A stretch of 63,970 nt of DNA, filler included, from Reclinomonas americana ATCC 50394 (lineage: Eukaryota), in NCBI GenBank assembly GCA_048213135.1. It is 11 parts of 6 records of this genome, joined end to end, with 100 filler letters (N's around TTAATTAATTAA, not from the genome) between each part and the next. Parts side by side here need not be neighbours in the genome. Positions count along the whole stretch, not along the records: positions 56,425 to 63,970 come from PS015739.1; 10 more parts are not named here. One strand, 5' to 3'. Position 1 is the stretch's first letter. Each line of letters starts with the position of its first letter. The notes under the pieces were generated by a model. The model made no database searches. It had not been told where the DNA came from and was given only the letters and a program-made list of their open reading frames with translations. Positions 61,679-63,970 of the stretch are shown in pieces. The translations under genes were made by a program, and so were the position numbers.

Positions 61679-63287
61679 TCATCTGCCGTAACCGTAGCCG
61701 CCGGCGCCCGGAGGATAGCCCGGTGGCTAGAGAGGCAAGTCAGGCGCAAGAGAGATAGAGACAAAAAGGGAAAGCACTCACCATCACTTGTGAGCCGTGA
61801 CCGCCCGGTGGCGCCACCTGTGTCACACATCGTCATTGATCATCATCACGTACACTCGACAAGGAGACAGCAAAATAACGCACTGGGGGGTAATACGGCT
61901 GTGGTGGTTGCACTTGCGACATTGGTGGCTGCGCTTGCTGTGGCGGTTGCACCAGCGGCAGCATGGCCGCGCCATGCCCGTAAGCGTGCATGCCGGCGCC
62001 GGGAGGAGCGACACCAGCACCCAGCGGAGCAAAGCCCGGTGCCGGCGGCGGCGGGGACATTGCGAAACCAGGCCGCCCCGGAACTGGCATGCCTGGCACC
62101 GCGGCACTAAAGCCGCCCGCGCCGTGCGACACGTGCAGTGGAGACGAGAAAGCGGGCGGAGCCACAGAAGAAGCGCCGCCACCAACTCGTGGCGCATATC
62201 CCGAGTAGCCGTGCGGCTCAGGTGGGGACACGCTGCCGGCCGCCCTCGCTTGACTTGCGTCTACCATCTCCCAGCTTTCGTCGGCGCCGCCATCAGCCTC
62301 GGCAGCGTCTCCCCGCGGAACACGCTCCAGCAGCTCGTCCAGCGAGAACGTCTGGTCATTGCCATCCGCTCCGAGAGGGAACAGTTCATCAAACTGCAGC
62401 TAGAGTGTGAGCAGTCGCCGATCGGCGATACTTTTGTGACGCACGCAACTTGCTGCGCAAACACGGTGGTTGTCGGCATGTCAAAGCTGACAAAGCGCAC
62501 TTGGGTGATCTGCGTGGTCTCGCGGTGTCGTGCATAGTACTCCACGACGCTGTCCAGCAGCGCCTCGGCCGACACGACCTTGGGCACGCCAAAGATGCCA
62601 CTGCTAATGGCCATGAACGACACCGTCTTCAGCTTCTCCTCGTCGCACAGCCGGAGCACCGAGTGCGCACACTGCCGCAGCAGTCGTCGGCACTCTGCAG
62701 GCGTGTGATCCGACCAGCGCGGTCCGACCACGTGCACAACGCGTCTGCACGGCAAGCGACCGCCAGTAGTCGACATGGCCTGTTCGTTCGAGCATGAGAT
62801 GGTGAGGAAAGAGGAGGCAGGAGGCAGAAGGAGACGAAGGAAGGAGGAAAGTACCGTGCCGACGGCCAGGCGACCCGTCCGCTGTCTTCTCAGCCATGTC
62901 GAGCACTCCGTGTCGATATCCCTGCCTCCCTTGTCGACAATCATGCGAGCAACGCCTGTGCGTGAGAGCGAGTGAGCGAGTGAGTGAGTGAATGAATGAG
63001 AAAGAGGCATTGATGTTCACGCACCGCCGCCGTGATTGAGATCCTCATTTGCCGCATTGACAATGGCGTCGACATCCTCCGAGGTAATGTCGCCGTCACG
63101 GATCTTTGTGTGCGCGCGTGTGTGTGAGAGAGAAAGGGAGAGGGAGAGTCTGACGACAGCCGTATCTCATGCAACACACCTGCAAGTAGCGATTGTGTGA
63201 GGTGCGCAGCTGGCGCACGATGAGACTCTCGCTGCCGTCGTCCGCCGAGTTGGACACCATCTCCTGTGAGGAGCTGACGTTGCCCAT
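61679..63287 (-). CDS. Macrodomain (MacroD/Appr-1''-p-processing type) protein with MG N-terminus and Pro/Gly-rich tail
   Basis: GDITSEDVDAIVNAANEDLNHGGGVARMI, TTGGRLPCRRVVHVVGPRW and VSFMAISSGIFG. Confidence 0.9.
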
Positions 63288-63481
63288 GCCGCTTTGCTCT
63301 CCCCGTTTGTTGCCTTTCTGTTAATGTCCCGCGCTCGATTTCCGGCAACCCGGCAACAACGCTGCGACAAATGAGTGTTTTAGCATTTTTTCTTTTTTGT
63401 TTACTTGCCACTCTGCTGCAACTCCTCCACACGCACGTGCTATGTCATTCGTAACCCCTTTGTGTGTGTGTGCGTGCCCTT

Positions 63482-63838
63482 CTACATGTCTCCGGGCATG
63501 CCGCGGCGCTGCGGCTGCTCCTTCGGATTGATCTTGATAAAGTCGTCAATGCGCAAAATTGACGTTGCTGCCTCGGCGGCCAGACCCAGCGCCTTGATCT
63601 TGCTCATGGCCGGCTCCAACACTCCCCTCTCCAAGTTGTTCACCACTGTGCCCGCAAACACGTCCAGACCGAATCGCTGGTACCCCTTCTTGTCGGGGTT
63701 GCTCTGCGCCAGATGGTGGTACGCGCGCAGTGCGGCCACCAATTCAGTGGCGTCGAGTGCGGCATTCACGGCCAGCGTCTTGGGGATGACCAGCAGCGCC
63801 TCGGCGAACTCTGCAATGGCCAGTTGCTCACGCGAACC
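63482..63838 (-). CDS. TCP1: T-complex protein 1 subunit alpha (CCT1), last exon
   Basis: GSREQLAIAEFAEALLVIPKTLAVNAALDATELVAALRAYH...GVLEPAMSKIK...ILRIDDFIKI. Confidence 0.92.
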   Translation of the reverse strand, partial: GSREQLAIAEFAEALLVIPKTLAVNAALDATELVAALRAYHHLAQSNPDKKGYQRFGLDVFAGTVVNNLERGVLEPAMSKIKALGLAAEAATSILRIDDFIKINPKEQPQRRGMPGDM

Positions 63839-63900
63839 CTGCCCCCGACGACACAGTAACATGAGTGCATGTCGTGGATAAAGAAAACCAAAAAATCGGA

Positions 63901-63901
<1 letters not shown>

Positions 63902-63953
<52 letters not shown>
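63902..63953. repeat. (CA)n microsatellite in TCP1 intron
   Basis: Direct inspection. Similar (CA/TG)n and (GA)n tracts occur in many introns. Confidence 0.95.
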
Positions 63954-63955
<2 letters not shown>

Positions 63956-63970
63956 CGACGGACTAACGTT

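Noticed and set aside
392..62449. GTTGCG introns as U12-type introns or an introner transposon family
   Set aside because: They lack the U12 RTATCCTT donor, and I see no shared internal sequence or terminal inverted repeats among them.

Overview
This is GC-rich, gene-dense, very intron-rich eukaryotic nuclear DNA, probably from a flagellated protist (it carries a DM10/Rib72 axonemal gene). It is a draft assembly with N gaps and artificial N-TTAATTAATTAA-N spacers. Hand-splicing the ~55-90 nt introns recovers about 28 genes in the standard genetic code: RING-TPR, Tlde1/DUF2778, GT61, type II NADH dehydrogenase, Rsa3-domain protein, D-cysteine desulfhydrase/ACC deaminase, ThiF/E1-like, lipocalin, kinesin-3, PEX19, Ariadne, Ras, UVSSA, EFHC/Rib72, pseudokinase-TPR, KxDL protein, SMG9, CTL/SLC44, a macrodomain protein, TCP1-alpha and several unknowns. 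The most striking signal is a recurrent atypical 5' splice-site class. About 20 introns begin GTTGCG(T/C), plus single GTTGAGT and GTTACGT cases. These are the local consensus donors GTGCGT/GTGAGT/GTACGT with one extra T, usually without the exonic -1 G, which suggests large-scale shifted/bulged snRNA pairing or variant U1/U6 snRNAs. Also notable are an intronless, secreted, bacterial-type Tlde1 peptidoglycan enzyme, a kinesin-3 ending in a CAAX box, and a ~1.7 kb inverted duplication. All gene models were built by eye, with no database searches.
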